DNA of 64,000 nt from an uncultured Flavobacteriales bacterium (GTDB lineage: Bacteria; Bacteroidota; Bacteroidia; Flavobacteriales_D; Parvicellaceae). A model generated the notes under the pieces. That model was not told where the DNA came from, did not search any database, and worked only from the letters and a program-made list of their open reading frames with translations. The stretch is from positions 91,505 to 155,504 of the forward strand of contig CALSRM010000002.1 of the NCBI GenBank assembly GCA_943788755.1, read 5' to 3'. Shown here piece by piece: positions 20,871-29,579 of the stretch (the first letter of the stretch is position 1; each line of letters begins with the position of its first letter). A program made the position numbers and the translations under genes.

Positions 20871-22700
20871 ATGAAAAACATTTTTCTTTTATTATCATTG
20901 ATTATGCTATCAATAGCAACATCTGCTCAAGTTGTTTCGAGTTGCCAAACTACTTATTTGGATACACTAAAATACGTTGATCAGTTGAAAACCTCTAGTT
21001 GGACCGCAATATCTGTAAATGTAATTAATAATGGTGGCGCCTATGGATATGCTGGTTTTGGACAAAGATTTGAAGCTCCAGATTCTGTGAAGGTTTTAGG
21101 GTTTAGTTTTAGAGGGTTTGTTTACTCAGGAGCTTCTGATACGGTTGTGTGTCGCTTGTATGAAGCAAACGGTTCAGGGTTGCCTGGGGTTCAAGTTGAT
21201 TCAGTAATTCATACAGTGCCTTTAGTGGCAGGTTTTACGAGTCCTTTGGATGCTGCTGAAATTATGAATACGGTTATGTTTGGTTCAGGTCATGTATTAG
21301 AAGGTGATTATATTGTTACTGTAGAGAATTTTGCTAGCTCAGATATGTATCTTGTTCGAAATACTGCTGGTGATGGAGCGGGAGAGGATTTATGTCTGAC
21401 TTATTACAGGGGATTGTCAGATCCTAGTTTTGATGCGTGGTACTCAACTTTTTCTTTTGGAGCTGGATGGAATTTTGATATGCCGTTTGAACCAATAATT
21501 GAGTATTCATTTGATTCAGAATTAACAATTTCAGCAGGTTCTATTTGTGGTTCTGATGCTTTAATTGTATTCGATACGATTGTTTCATTCGATGATTCTA
21601 TATTGCATAATAAAATGTATAACCCAAATTATGCTACTTATACGGGATATACCACATCTGTAAATTATGATTACGGAGATGGCATTTCAGATGGAACAGG
21701 AGTCCATATGTACAATGGAAACGGTAACTTTGTAGTTTCAGCGTCAGATACAATCCTTGCTTCAGGTTGGACAAATAATAGTTTTGTGTCGACTTGTAGT
21801 GATGTGGTTTTTGTTGAAACACAGCCAAATGCAGGAACAGCTGGAACCTTGGCAGTTTGTCAGGGAGCCGTGCCGACAGATGCAGAGTTATTTGCAGCAT
21901 TAAACGGCACACCAACAGCAGGTGGGACTTGGACAAATTCAGGTTTAACTTACACTTATACCGTAACAGCGGTTTCACCATGTACAGGAATTGCAACAGC
22001 TGATGTAGTTGTAACGGAAGAAGTACAGCCTGATGCAGGAACAGCAGGAACCATAGCAGTTTGTCAGGGTACCACGCCGACAGATGCAGAGTTATTTGCA
22101 GCATTAAACGGCACACCAACAGCAGGTGGGACTTGGACAAATATTGGATTGACTTATACTTACACAGTAACAGCGGTTTCACCTTGTGCAGGAATTGCAA
22201 TAGCTGATGTAGTTGTGACGGAACAAACTGCATTTTTAGGGTCAGATACAACAATTTGTATGCAAAGTTCTATGATTCTTTCTCCAGGTGTTTTTGATAC
22301 ATATTCGTGGAATACTGGTCAGTTGACAGATTCAATAATAGTGGGCCCCATTTTGAATCCTGGGGTGATTACATATACTGTTGATGTAACAATAGCTTCA
22401 TGTAATTCAACGGCATCGATTACGATAACATTTGACAATTGCTTAGGAATAGAAGAAATCAAGAATCATAGTTTAATTGCATATCCTAACCCGGCAAATG
22501 ATAATTTTACTATTAATACTGATTTTACACAGAACTATGAATTAAAAATTTACGATAATCAAGGTAAAATGATCCTGGTGCAAGAAATGATAGGAACAGT
22601 TGAAAACATTGATGTTTCAGGTCTTCAACAAGGTATGTATTTTCTTACAGTTTCAGACGGAAAGCAGATTGTACGTAAAAAGCTGCAAATATTAAGGTAA
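20871..22700 (+). CDS. T9SS-sorted secreted protein with an internal 68-aa tandem repeat
   Basis: Signal peptide. Two near-identical QP(N/D)AGTAGT..AVCQG..PTDAELFAALNGTPTAGGTWTN... modules. The C-terminus (AYPNPANDNFTINT...GMYFLTVSDG) is a T9SS sorting domain. Confidence 0.85.
   Translation: MKNIFLLLSLIMLSIATSAQVVSSCQTTYLDTLKYVDQLKTSSWTAISVNVINNGGAYGYAGFGQRFEAPDSVKVLGFSFRGFVYSGASDTVVCRLYEANGSGLPGVQVDSVIHTVPLVAGFTSPLDAAEIMNTVMFGSGHVLEGDYIVTVENFASSDMYLVRNTAGDGAGEDLCLTYYRGLSDPSFDAWYSTFSFGAGWNFDMPFEPIIEYSFDSELTISAGSICGSDALIVFDTIVSFDDSILHNKMYNPNYATYTGYTTSVNYDYGDGISDGTGVHMYNGNGNFVVSASDTILASGWTNNSFVSTCSDVVFVETQPNAGTAGTLAVCQGAVPTDAELFAALNGTPTAGGTWTNSGLTYTYTVTAVSPCTGIATADVVVTEEVQPDAGTAGTIAVCQGTTPTDAELFAALNGTPTAGGTWTNIGLTYTYTVTAVSPCAGIAIADVVVTEQTAFLGSDTTICMQSSMILSPGVFDTYSWNTGQLTDSIIVGPILNPGVITYTVDVTIASCNSTASITITFDNCLGIEEIKNHSLIAYPNPANDNFTINTDFTQNYELKIYDNQGKMILVQEMIGTVENIDVSGLQQGMYFLTVSDGKQIVRKKLQILR
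21822..22229 (+). repeat. 2 x 204-bp near-identical in-frame tandem duplication
   Basis: Units at 21822-22025 and 22026-22229, including a 66-nt identical core (ccgacagatgcagag...ggacaaat). Confidence 0.9.
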
Positions 22701-22726
22701 GTTGTTGTCAGAATAAAAATAATAAT

Positions 22727-22734
22727 TATCTTTG
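22727..22734 (+). promoter_or_regulatory. candidate -7 promoter box (TAtcTTTG) for rpmG
   Basis: Exact TAnnTTTG, 24 nt upstream of the rpmG ATG. Only a weak -33 (GTTG) is present. Confidence 0.35.
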
Positions 22735-22758
22735 CAGCCCGAGTAAAATTAGAGCAAA

Positions 22759-22941
22759 ATGGCTAAGAAAGGAAATAGAATACAAGTAATACTAGAATGC
22801 ACTGAGCATAAACAGTCTGGAGTGGCTGGAACATCTAGGTATATTACAACGAAGAATAGAAAGAATACTCCTGACAGAATTGAGTTGAAAAAATTCAATC
22901 CAATTTTGAAGAAGTACACAGTTCATAAAGAGATTAAATAA
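22759..22941 (+). CDS. rpmG: 50S ribosomal protein L33
   Basis: [21 protein letters not shown]...[21 protein letters not shown] is a canonical L33. Confidence 0.95.
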   Translation: MAKKGNRIQVILECTEHKQSGVAGTSRYITTKNRKNTPDRIELKKFNPILKKYTVHKEIK

Positions 22942-22948
22942 TTAAGCG

Positions 22949-23104
22949 ATGGCAAAGAAGCAAGTAGCATCACTGCAAAAAGGTGGAGGAAAGCAACATT
23001 CAAAAGTTGTGAAGATGGTAAGGTCTCCTAAGACTGGGGCTTATTCATTCAAAGAAGAAATTGTACACAATAACAAAGTAAAAGATTGGTTCGCTAAGAG
23101 CTAA
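22949..23104 (+). CDS. DUF4295-like small basic protein (ORF missing from the track)
   Basis: 51-codon ORF, MAKKQVASLQKGGGKQHSKVVKMVRSPKTGAYSFKEEIVHNNKVKDWFAKS. Its position directly after rpmG and before ftsY matches the conserved Bacteroidota arrangement as I remember it. Confidence 0.75.
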   Translation: MAKKQVASLQKGGGKQHSKVVKMVRSPKTGAYSFKEEIVHNNKVKDWFAKS

Positions 23105-23215
23105 ATTCCTTTATTGTTATTGAATGATATTTAAGCTTCTTCCGTGATTCGGGAGAAGCTTTTGTTCGTTTTTAGAGAACGAGTTAATTATTATAACTCC
23201 CCGAAAGAAACAACT

Positions 23216-24184
23216 ATGAGTTGGAAAAGTTTTTTTACACGCGAAAAAAAAGAGGATTTAGACAAAGGTCTTGAAAAAACGCAGAAAAGTTTTTTATCGA
23301 AGTTGGCCTCATCTGTAGCTGGAAAGTCGAAAGTTGATGAAGAAGTTTTAGATAGTTTGGAGGAAATTTTGGTTTCTTCTGATGTAAGTGTTGAAACAAC
23401 GTTAAAAATCATTGATAAAATTGAAGAACGTGTTTCTCGCGATAAATATGTGAGTACTTCGGAGCTAAATGGAATTCTTAAAGAGGAGATCGCAAATTTA
23501 TTAAGTGAAAGTAATATTGGTGAGTCCACCGATTTCGAAATTCCTAAAATTGATAACAACCCATATGTTATTATGATTGTTGGCGTTAACGGAGTTGGAA
23601 AAACCACAACAATAGGAAAACTCGCTTATCAATTAAAAAAGAAAGGCTTAAAAGTAGTCCTTGGTGCTTCCGATACTTTTAGAGCTGCAGCAGTGGATCA
23701 ACTAAAAATTTGGGCAAAACGAGTAGATGTCCCAATTATAGAACAGGGTATGGGAGCTGATCCCGCTTCTGTTGCTTTTGATACTTTAGAAAGTGCTAAA
23801 GCGCAAGGTGCCGATGTGGTGTTAATAGATACTGCTGGACGTTTGCACAATAAAATTAACTTGATGAATGAGCTAACTAAAATCAAGCGCGTTATGGATA
23901 AAATAATTCCAGGTGCTCCACATGATGTTATGTTAGTTTTGGATGGTTCTACCGGTCAAAATGCAATTGAACAAGCAAAACAATTTACCGCAGCAACTGA
24001 AGTCACTTCTTTAGCGATGACAAAACTAGATGGAACTGCAAAAGGTGGTGTTTTAATTGGAATTACAGATCAATTTAAAATACCGGTAAGATATATAGGT
24101 GTTGGAGAAGGGCTAGAGCATTTACAAGTATTTAATAAGCACGAATTTGTTGATTCCTTATTCAAGGGGTCTGATATGGAATAG
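23216..24184 (+). CDS. ftsY: signal recognition particle receptor FtsY
   Basis: GVNGVGKTTTIGKLA (G1), DTAGRL and TKLDGTAKGG motifs. The ATG at 23216 (MSWKSFF) is preferred over the upstream GTG at 23144. Confidence 0.9.
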   Translation: MSWKSFFTREKKEDLDKGLEKTQKSFLSKLASSVAGKSKVDEEVLDSLEEILVSSDVSVETTLKIIDKIEERVSRDKYVSTSELNGILKEEIANLLSESNIGESTDFEIPKIDNNPYVIMIVGVNGVGKTTTIGKLAYQLKKKGLKVVLGASDTFRAAAVDQLKIWAKRVDVPIIEQGMGADPASVAFDTLESAKAQGADVVLIDTAGRLHNKINLMNELTKIKRVMDKIIPGAPHDVMLVLDGSTGQNAIEQAKQFTAATEVTSLAMTKLDGTAKGGVLIGITDQFKIPVRYIGVGEGLEHLQVFNKHEFVDSLFKGSDME

Positions 24185-24187
24185 ATC

Positions 24188-25507
24188 ATGAAAACGAAGA
24201 CACTAAAAAAAAATAAAGTCAACGTAGTAACTTTGGGTTGTTCTAAAAACATCTTCGATTCAGAATTGTTGATGGCGCAGTTGAAGGCTAATAAGTTTGA
24301 AGTTGAACATGAAGCACAACAGGATGATTCCGAAATTGTAATAATTAATACGTGCGGTTTTATTGATACAGCTAAGGAGGAGTCAATAAATACGATTGTG
24401 CGTTATGTTGAAGCTAAAAAGGAAGGTCAGGTAGATAAAGTTTATGTTACCGGTTGTCTATCTCAAAGGTATAAAGGGGATTTGGAAAAGGAAATTCCAG
24501 AAGTTGATGCTTATTTCGGCACAAAAGATTTACCAAAATTATTAAAGACGTTAAAAGCTGATTATAAACATGAATTGGTTGGCGAAAGACTGTTAACGAC
24601 ACCAACGCATTACGCTTATTTTAAAATTGCTGAAGGCTGCGATAGACCTTGTTCATTCTGCGCTATTCCAATAATGAGAGGTAAGCATAAGTCTACACCA
24701 ATTGAGCAATTAGTAGAACATGCAAAATCTTTAGCTGCCAAAGGAGTAAAAGAGTTGATGCTTATTGCCCAGGATTTAACTTATTATGGTTTAGATATAT
24801 ACAAAAAGCGAAATCTTTCAGAATTATTAGAGAAATTAGTTACCATAGAAGGTATTGAATGGATTCGATTGCATTATGCATATCCAGCTGGTTTTCCAAT
24901 GGATGTTCTGGATGTAATGGCGAAATATGATAAGGTTTGTAATTATTTAGATATGCCACTTCAACATGGTTCTACAAATATGCTCAAAGCCATGCGAAGA
25001 GGAATTACAAAAGAAAAAACCGTTGAATTAGTAAGACAAATTCGAGCGAAAGTTCCAAACATAGCGATTCGGACAACGCTTATTGCAGGGTATCCTGGTG
25101 AGACAGAGGAAGATTTCCAGGAAATGTACGATTGGGTAGAAGAAATGAAGTTCGATCGATTAGGTGTGTTTCCATATTCTCACGAAGAAAATACCCATGC
25201 GCATAATTCAGAAGACGATGTTCCAGAGGAGTTAAAGCAGGAAAGAGCTGAGCAAATTATGGAGTTGCAATCCGGTATTTCATATGAATTGAATCAAGAG
25301 AAAATAGGTCAAACTTTCAAAGTTTTATTTGATAAGGTAGAAGGTGACTATTTCATTGGTCGGACTGAATTTGACTCTCCGGATGTTGATAACGAGGTGC
25401 TTGTCAAAAAAGCGGATACTTATATTCGATTAGGTGACTTTTCTGATGTCAAAATTATATCCACAGATCATTATGATTTGTATGGGGAAGTGGTTGATTT
25501 AGCATAA
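24188..25507 (+). CDS. rimO: ribosomal protein S12 methylthiotransferase RimO
   Basis: UPF0004 N-domain (VNVVTLGCSKN), radical-SAM motif CDRPCSFC and a TRAM-like C-terminus. Confidence 0.9.
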   Translation: MKTKTLKKNKVNVVTLGCSKNIFDSELLMAQLKANKFEVEHEAQQDDSEIVIINTCGFIDTAKEESINTIVRYVEAKKEGQVDKVYVTGCLSQRYKGDLEKEIPEVDAYFGTKDLPKLLKTLKADYKHELVGERLLTTPTHYAYFKIAEGCDRPCSFCAIPIMRGKHKSTPIEQLVEHAKSLAAKGVKELMLIAQDLTYYGLDIYKKRNLSELLEKLVTIEGIEWIRLHYAYPAGFPMDVLDVMAKYDKVCNYLDMPLQHGSTNMLKAMRRGITKEKTVELVRQIRAKVPNIAIRTTLIAGYPGETEEDFQEMYDWVEEMKFDRLGVFPYSHEENTHAHNSEDDVPEELKQERAEQIMELQSGISYELNQEKIGQTFKVLFDKVEGDYFIGRTEFDSPDVDNEVLVKKADTYIRLGDFSDVKIISTDHYDLYGEVVDLA

Positions 25508-25608
25508 ATTATCGTGATTTTCAGGAGAATAAGCATGTTTTTTTTTTATAGATAAAATAATTGTGCTATTTTGCAAGCATTAAATATTAATCACTAAATA
25601 ATTAACAA

Positions 25609-25860
25609 ATGAAAAAAATCTTATTTATGGCGGGTGTTGCTATTATAGCCTCATCATGTACCATATCACAAAGCTACCAGTTGACTGGACAACCTATCGG
25701 TTCTAAAGTAGGGATGGCTAAATCAAAAATTATCGGTGATAGCGACACTTCGGTTAAAGCTGCTGCAGATAATGGTAAAATAACAGTAATTGGAGCTGTT
25801 GAGGTAACAACTAAAGTATTCATCTTTCCTATAACTAAGACTAAGGTCTACGGAGAATAA
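25609..25860 (+). CDS. small lipoprotein, TRL-like family (paralogue 1 of 3)
   Basis: Signal peptide plus Cys (IIASSCT). Shares an AA.NG.IT/S...V motif with the next two ORFs. Confidence 0.6.
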   Translation: MKKILFMAGVAIIASSCTISQSYQLTGQPIGSKVGMAKSKIIGDSDTSVKAAADNGKITVIGAVEVTTKVFIFPITKTKVYGE

Positions 25861-25870
25861 AAAAAATAGT

Positions 25871-26152
25871 ATGAAAAACATTAACAAATTAATTCTTACT
25901 GGAATTGTTGCAACTATTATGGCATCATGCACTGTCACAATGCCGGTAGCTGTTTCTAATGCAGAAATAGGAGATAAAAGAGGAGTTTCAGAATCTACAG
26001 TTCTTTTTGGTGTAATTTATTTAAATGGAAATTATGGACTGAAAGAGGCTGCTGTAAACGGTGGTATAAGCACTGCAATAGCAACTATAGATGAAGAAAC
26101 AAAAGATATGATTTTCTTTGCAAAGAAGAAATTAATTGTAACAGCAAAATAA
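25871..26152 (+). CDS. small lipoprotein, TRL-like family (paralogue 2 of 3)
   Basis: IMASCT lipobox; GLKEAAVNGGISTAIATID. Confidence 0.6.
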   Translation: MKNINKLILTGIVATIMASCTVTMPVAVSNAEIGDKRGVSESTVLFGVIYLNGNYGLKEAAVNGGISTAIATIDEETKDMIFFAKKKLIVTAK

Positions 26153-26162
26153 TACATAAGAT

Positions 26163-26423
26163 ATGAAAAAGATATTAATATTAGCTTGTGTTGCGATTTT
26201 TGCAACATCATGCACAATAACTTATCCTGGTACGGCTACAGGAAACAAGGCTACAAAAACAGGAGAAACGAAAGAAAAGCTATTTTTAGGATTAGGTAAT
26301 GCTAATTTAGGAGTGGAAACTGCTGCAAAAAATGCAGGAATCACTAAGGTGGCTACAGTGGATTATGCTGTCAAAGCAGGTTTGTTTTTTACAACCTACA
26401 CAGTCATAGTTACTGGAAACTAG
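26163..26423 (+). CDS. small lipoprotein, TRL-like family (paralogue 3 of 3)
   Basis: FATSCT lipobox; GVETAAKNAGITKVATVDY. Confidence 0.6.
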   Translation: MKKILILACVAIFATSCTITYPGTATGNKATKTGETKEKLFLGLGNANLGVETAAKNAGITKVATVDYAVKAGLFFTTYTVIVTGN

Positions 26424-26443
26424 ATCTATTTACTAATAATATG

Positions 26444-26483
26444 AACCTCCTATTGATTTAAATTAATAGGAGGTTTTTTTTGC
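26444..26483 (+). terminator. rho-independent terminator after the lipoprotein triplet
   Basis: 11-bp stem (aacctcctatt / aataggaggtt), 10-nt loop, then T8. Confidence 0.65.
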
Positions 26484-26632
26484 CCGCCTTAGATTAATGA
26501 TGCATTAATTATTTAAAGAACTTTGTAAAGGAATAAGTGTTTTTTATTAAAGGGCAACCTTTAATAAAATAAATGGTTTAGAATGTAATTGATTTATAGA
26601 GTTTACCATTTGCATTTTAATACGCATGCGTT

Positions 26633-28042
26633 ATGAAAGATTGTTTTCCATTGTTAATTTTTATTGCATTTCACGCTTTTTCCGTAGCTATTTACGGTCA
26701 AAACCCTAACCCAAATGCCGCATTAGACGCATTTATTGAAGGTGAGATGACGTTGGAGAATATTCCCGGAGCAACAACGTTAATTGTAAAGGATGGAGAA
26801 ATTGTTTGGGTTGAATCTTATGGGTTTGCAGATATTGAAAATTCAATAAATGTTGAGGATACCACCGTTTTTCTTTTAGCTTCTATTTCTAAGGTTTTCA
26901 CAGGCACAGCGTTAATGCAATTAGCAGAAACAGGTGCAATTGATTTAGATGAAGATATAAACAATTACTTGCCATTTGAAGTTGGAATACCGGGTTTCGA
27001 ATCCGATTCAATTACTTTTAGGCACTTAATGACCCACACTTCTTCCATTAATGATGGTCCTGCTATGAGCGGGTATTATGGCTACCCTAATCCAACGATA
27101 ACTTTAGCACAATGCATTCAACGTTATTTTGATGTTTCGGGTCCTGACTACAGTGCTACTCATAATTTTTCAGCAAATGCTCCAGGAACAACTTACAGTT
27201 ATTCGAATATGGCTTCAGCTTTAGCCGGATATTTGGTTGAAGTTGTATCGGGAATAGATTTTGCGGAATACTGTAATCAAAATATATTTGAACCGCTTTG
27301 TATGATTCATACAGGATGGCATATGTCAGATTTTGATACCAATGAAGTAGCTAGGCCTCATCAATTTATTGGAGGCAACTACCAACCCTATGCACATTAT
27401 GGTTTTGCAGATTATCCAAATGGTCAATTACGTTCAGATATTACTGATATAGCTAATTTTTTAATTGCTTATTTACAAGATGGAAGTTTTAATTCTAGTA
27501 GTATTTTAAACAGTGCTTCCATTGCAGAAATGTTAACACTTCAAATTCCTGGAATTGAAAATACACAAGGGTTAAATTGGTACACCGAGGAATTGTTTAC
27601 AGCAACGCAAACCGTTACTGCCTGGGGGCATAATGGCGGAGAGTCAGGTGTTTCAACAGACTTATACATGGACAAATCAAATAATATTGCAATCGCAGTT
27701 CTAACCAATGGCGAAGGAGATAACTTATATATCTGTGATGAGTTATTGGATTATGGATTGTCATTAACAGCAGCTGGGGTTGGAAATCCAGTTTGTGGGG
27801 AAGTAGGAATTTCCGAAATTCAAGATTCTTTTACTGTTTTTCCAAACCCAACAAATGATATTATTCACATAGATAATACTATTAAGTCCGTAACGCTTTT
27901 TACCCTTAAAGGCAGGACTATTGAAACAATACAAGTAAAAAACGGAAAAATCAATTTGCGTAAATATCCGAAAGGAATTTATTTCCTTAGTTTTAAAGAT
28001 TCCAAAGGCTTAGTTCATAAAAAGAAAATCATGGTGGATTAA
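26633..28042 (+). CDS. serine hydrolase (beta-lactamase/PBP4*-like family) with T9SS C-terminal domain
   Basis: SxxK motif (ASISKVF). The C-terminus (VFPNPTNDIIHIDN...GIYFLSFKD) is a T9SS sorting domain. Confidence 0.8.
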   Translation: MKDCFPLLIFIAFHAFSVAIYGQNPNPNAALDAFIEGEMTLENIPGATTLIVKDGEIVWVESYGFADIENSINVEDTTVFLLASISKVFTGTALMQLAETGAIDLDEDINNYLPFEVGIPGFESDSITFRHLMTHTSSINDGPAMSGYYGYPNPTITLAQCIQRYFDVSGPDYSATHNFSANAPGTTYSYSNMASALAGYLVEVVSGIDFAEYCNQNIFEPLCMIHTGWHMSDFDTNEVARPHQFIGGNYQPYAHYGFADYPNGQLRSDITDIANFLIAYLQDGSFNSSSILNSASIAEMLTLQIPGIENTQGLNWYTEELFTATQTVTAWGHNGGESGVSTDLYMDKSNNIAIAVLTNGEGDNLYICDELLDYGLSLTAAGVGNPVCGEVGISEIQDSFTVFPNPTNDIIHIDNTIKSVTLFTLKGRTIETIQVKNGKINLRKYPKGIYFLSFKDSKGLVHKKKIMVD

Positions 28043-28596
28043 ATTAGTTGGCCGTTATCAATCATCAACTTTAATTTTAGTCCAGCTGCTACGGACAAGC
28101 TGTCAAGTATTTCCCCATTCAGTATCATCTTATAGAATTCATCAAAACGAAGCTTTTTGATTTCAATCTCTTCATCTTCTTCAGGTTCTGGTTCAAATTG
28201 TTCTAAATCCCGCGCTAAATATATATAGGCTAATTCATCGGTTGCTGAATTACTCAAAGCCATTTCCTGGATTAAATCCCATTTTGTTGCCTTTAACCCT
28301 ACTTCTTCCAGTAATTCCCTTTTTGCAGATTCTAAGGGAGGTTCTTTAAGCGCTCCGCCACCTTCTGGGATCTCCCAAGTGTATGTATGGAGCGGATATC
28401 TATATTGGCCAACTATCCAGGTGTTCATGTCTTCATCTAGGGCAATTATTCCAATTGCAAGGTTCTTAAAGTGCACAGTGCTGTAAGTGCCATCTACACC
28501 CCCTGGGTTTATTACCTCGCTATGGTCAACTCGTATCCAAGGCGATTCATATGCTGTTTTAGTATTTTTTGTTTTCCAAGGACCGTGTTCTTTCAT
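28039..28596 (-). CDS. NUDIX hydrolase (ADP-ribose pyrophosphatase-like)
   Basis: Nudix box GGGALKEPPLESAKRELLEEVGL. Confidence 0.85.
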   Translation of the reverse strand: MKEHGPWKTKNTKTAYESPWIRVDHSEVINPGGVDGTYSTVHFKNLAIGIIALDEDMNTWIVGQYRYPLHTYTWEIPEGGGALKEPPLESAKRELLEEVGLKATKWDLIQEMALSNSATDELAYIYLARDLEQFEPEPEEDEEIEIKKLRFDEFYKMILNGEILDSLSVAAGLKLKLMIDNGQLI

Positions 28597-28621
28597 AGAT
28601 TGTAAAAATAGAATTATCCTT
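28562..28621. repeat. direct repeat copy 1 (covers the NUDIX gene start and upstream region)
   Basis: About 58 bp matching 28913-28970 with two 1-nt indels and a few mismatches. The exact 35-nt core is tttccaaggaccgtgttctttcatagattgtaaaa (28573-28607). Confidence 0.85.
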
Positions 28622-28912
28622 GTTAAGGATGTTAATAGGATTAAATATTTTGAAACATAAGGTTATATTAAGGAAGGTATGGCCTTAAAAGAAAGGCTAT
28701 TTAAATCAAAGTATTTGCTTAGTAAGACCGAAAAGTTCCGAAGAAGATTTCGAGGAAATCATTCGGCCGCACTTAACAAATAGAAAGGTTTATGTAGTTT
28801 TTCTTTGACAGCCTTGACTTTTTTCCTTCGTTTTTTTGTCAAGAAAAAAAGGAAGTGCCTGTTTGGCATAAGGACATTCTTCAGCTATTGCAAAAAAGTT
28901 AATATCGTTTTT

Positions 28913-28970
28913 GTATTTTTTGTTTCCAAGGACCGTGTTCTTTCATAGATTGTAAAATAGATTTATCTTT
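28913..28970. repeat. direct repeat copy 2 (orphan copy of the NUDIX start; reads MKEHGPWKQKIQKRY* on the minus strand)
   Basis: Exact 35-nt core at 28923-28957. The orphan ATG is at 28946 (minus strand). Confidence 0.85.
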
Positions 28971-29000
28971 GATAAAGGTAAAAATATATATTACAGAAAA

Positions 29001-29579
29001 ATGCAATTCAAAGTAGGAGATAAAGTTCGTTTTTTAAACGAAGTAGGTGAAGGAACAATAATTGAGGTTCTTTCAAGTAATGCTGTAATGGTTGAAAATC
29101 AAGACGGTTTTGATTACCAGTATGCTATTACTGATTTGGTTTCAACTGCGCCAAAAGAAGACTATAAATTGGAAGGGATTGAACATGTAGAATCTGTAAA
29201 TGAAAAAGTACAAGCTGAATCAAAATCTAAAAAATTGGATGAGTTTTATAAAAAGTTCAATCATTTAGACAAAATTAATAAGGAAGAGCACGAAATTGAT
29301 TTACATATTGAGGAACTTATCGATTCGCACCGTGGAATGTCTAATTCTCAAATTTTAAGTGTTCAAATGGCTAATTTTAATCGAGAACTAAATGTAGCAA
29401 TACGACAGGGTTCTAAAAAGTTAATTGCTATACACGGCGTTGGAGAAGGTGTTCTCAGAGCAGAAATCAGAAAAGAAATTCACTATAATTATCCAGAATT
29501 TCAAACCATGACGCAAATTACAAGAAGTATGGCTACGGGGCAACAGAAATCTGTTAAAAGTGAGTTTTATTTTCGTTAA
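29001..29579 (+). CDS. Smr-domain protein (probable frameshift in the last ~20 codons)
   Basis: IDLHIEEL... and IAIHGVGEGVLRAEIRK are Smr-like. From about 29507 an alternative frame reads HDANYKKYGYGATEIC* (stop 29555-29557), which resembles the usual Smr C-terminus (G.G.T). Confidence 0.7.
   Translation: MQFKVGDKVRFLNEVGEGTIIEVLSSNAVMVENQDGFDYQYAITDLVSTAPKEDYKLEGIEHVESVNEKVQAESKSKKLDEFYKKFNHLDKINKEEHEIDLHIEELIDSHRGMSNSQILSVQMANFNRELNVAIRQGSKKLIAIHGVGEGVLRAEIRKEIHYNYPEFQTMTQITRSMATGQQKSVKSEFYFR

Noticed and set aside
21634-22254. 206-aa antisense ORF (L/Q/H-rich)
   Set aside because: It lies opposite a well-supported T9SS gene, exactly over the 2 x 204-bp repeat. The sequence is low-complexity and self-repeating, so it is an artefact of the duplicated DNA.
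23191-23607. 138-aa ORF antisense to ftsY
   Set aside because: Shadow ORF opposite the acidic N-terminal domain of FtsY. Other antisense track ORFs in hemE (7806-8171), lhgO (11797-12141), yidC (13015-13299), the MMPL gene (52403-52786), glpD, dnaE and the CPF genes were rejected for the same reason.
26544-26567. 10-bp stem hairpin with a GCAA tetraloop upstream of the serine hydrolase gene
   Set aside because: The stem is A/T-rich, no T-run follows, and the real terminator of the upstream operon is already at 26444-26483. There is insufficient evidence for function.
28680-28784. 34-codon ORF (MALKERLFKSKYLLSKTEKFRRRFRGNHSAALNK) inside the spacer between the NUDIX repeat copies
   Set aside because: Short, highly basic and without start context or a recognisable family. 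Treated as non-coding spacer.
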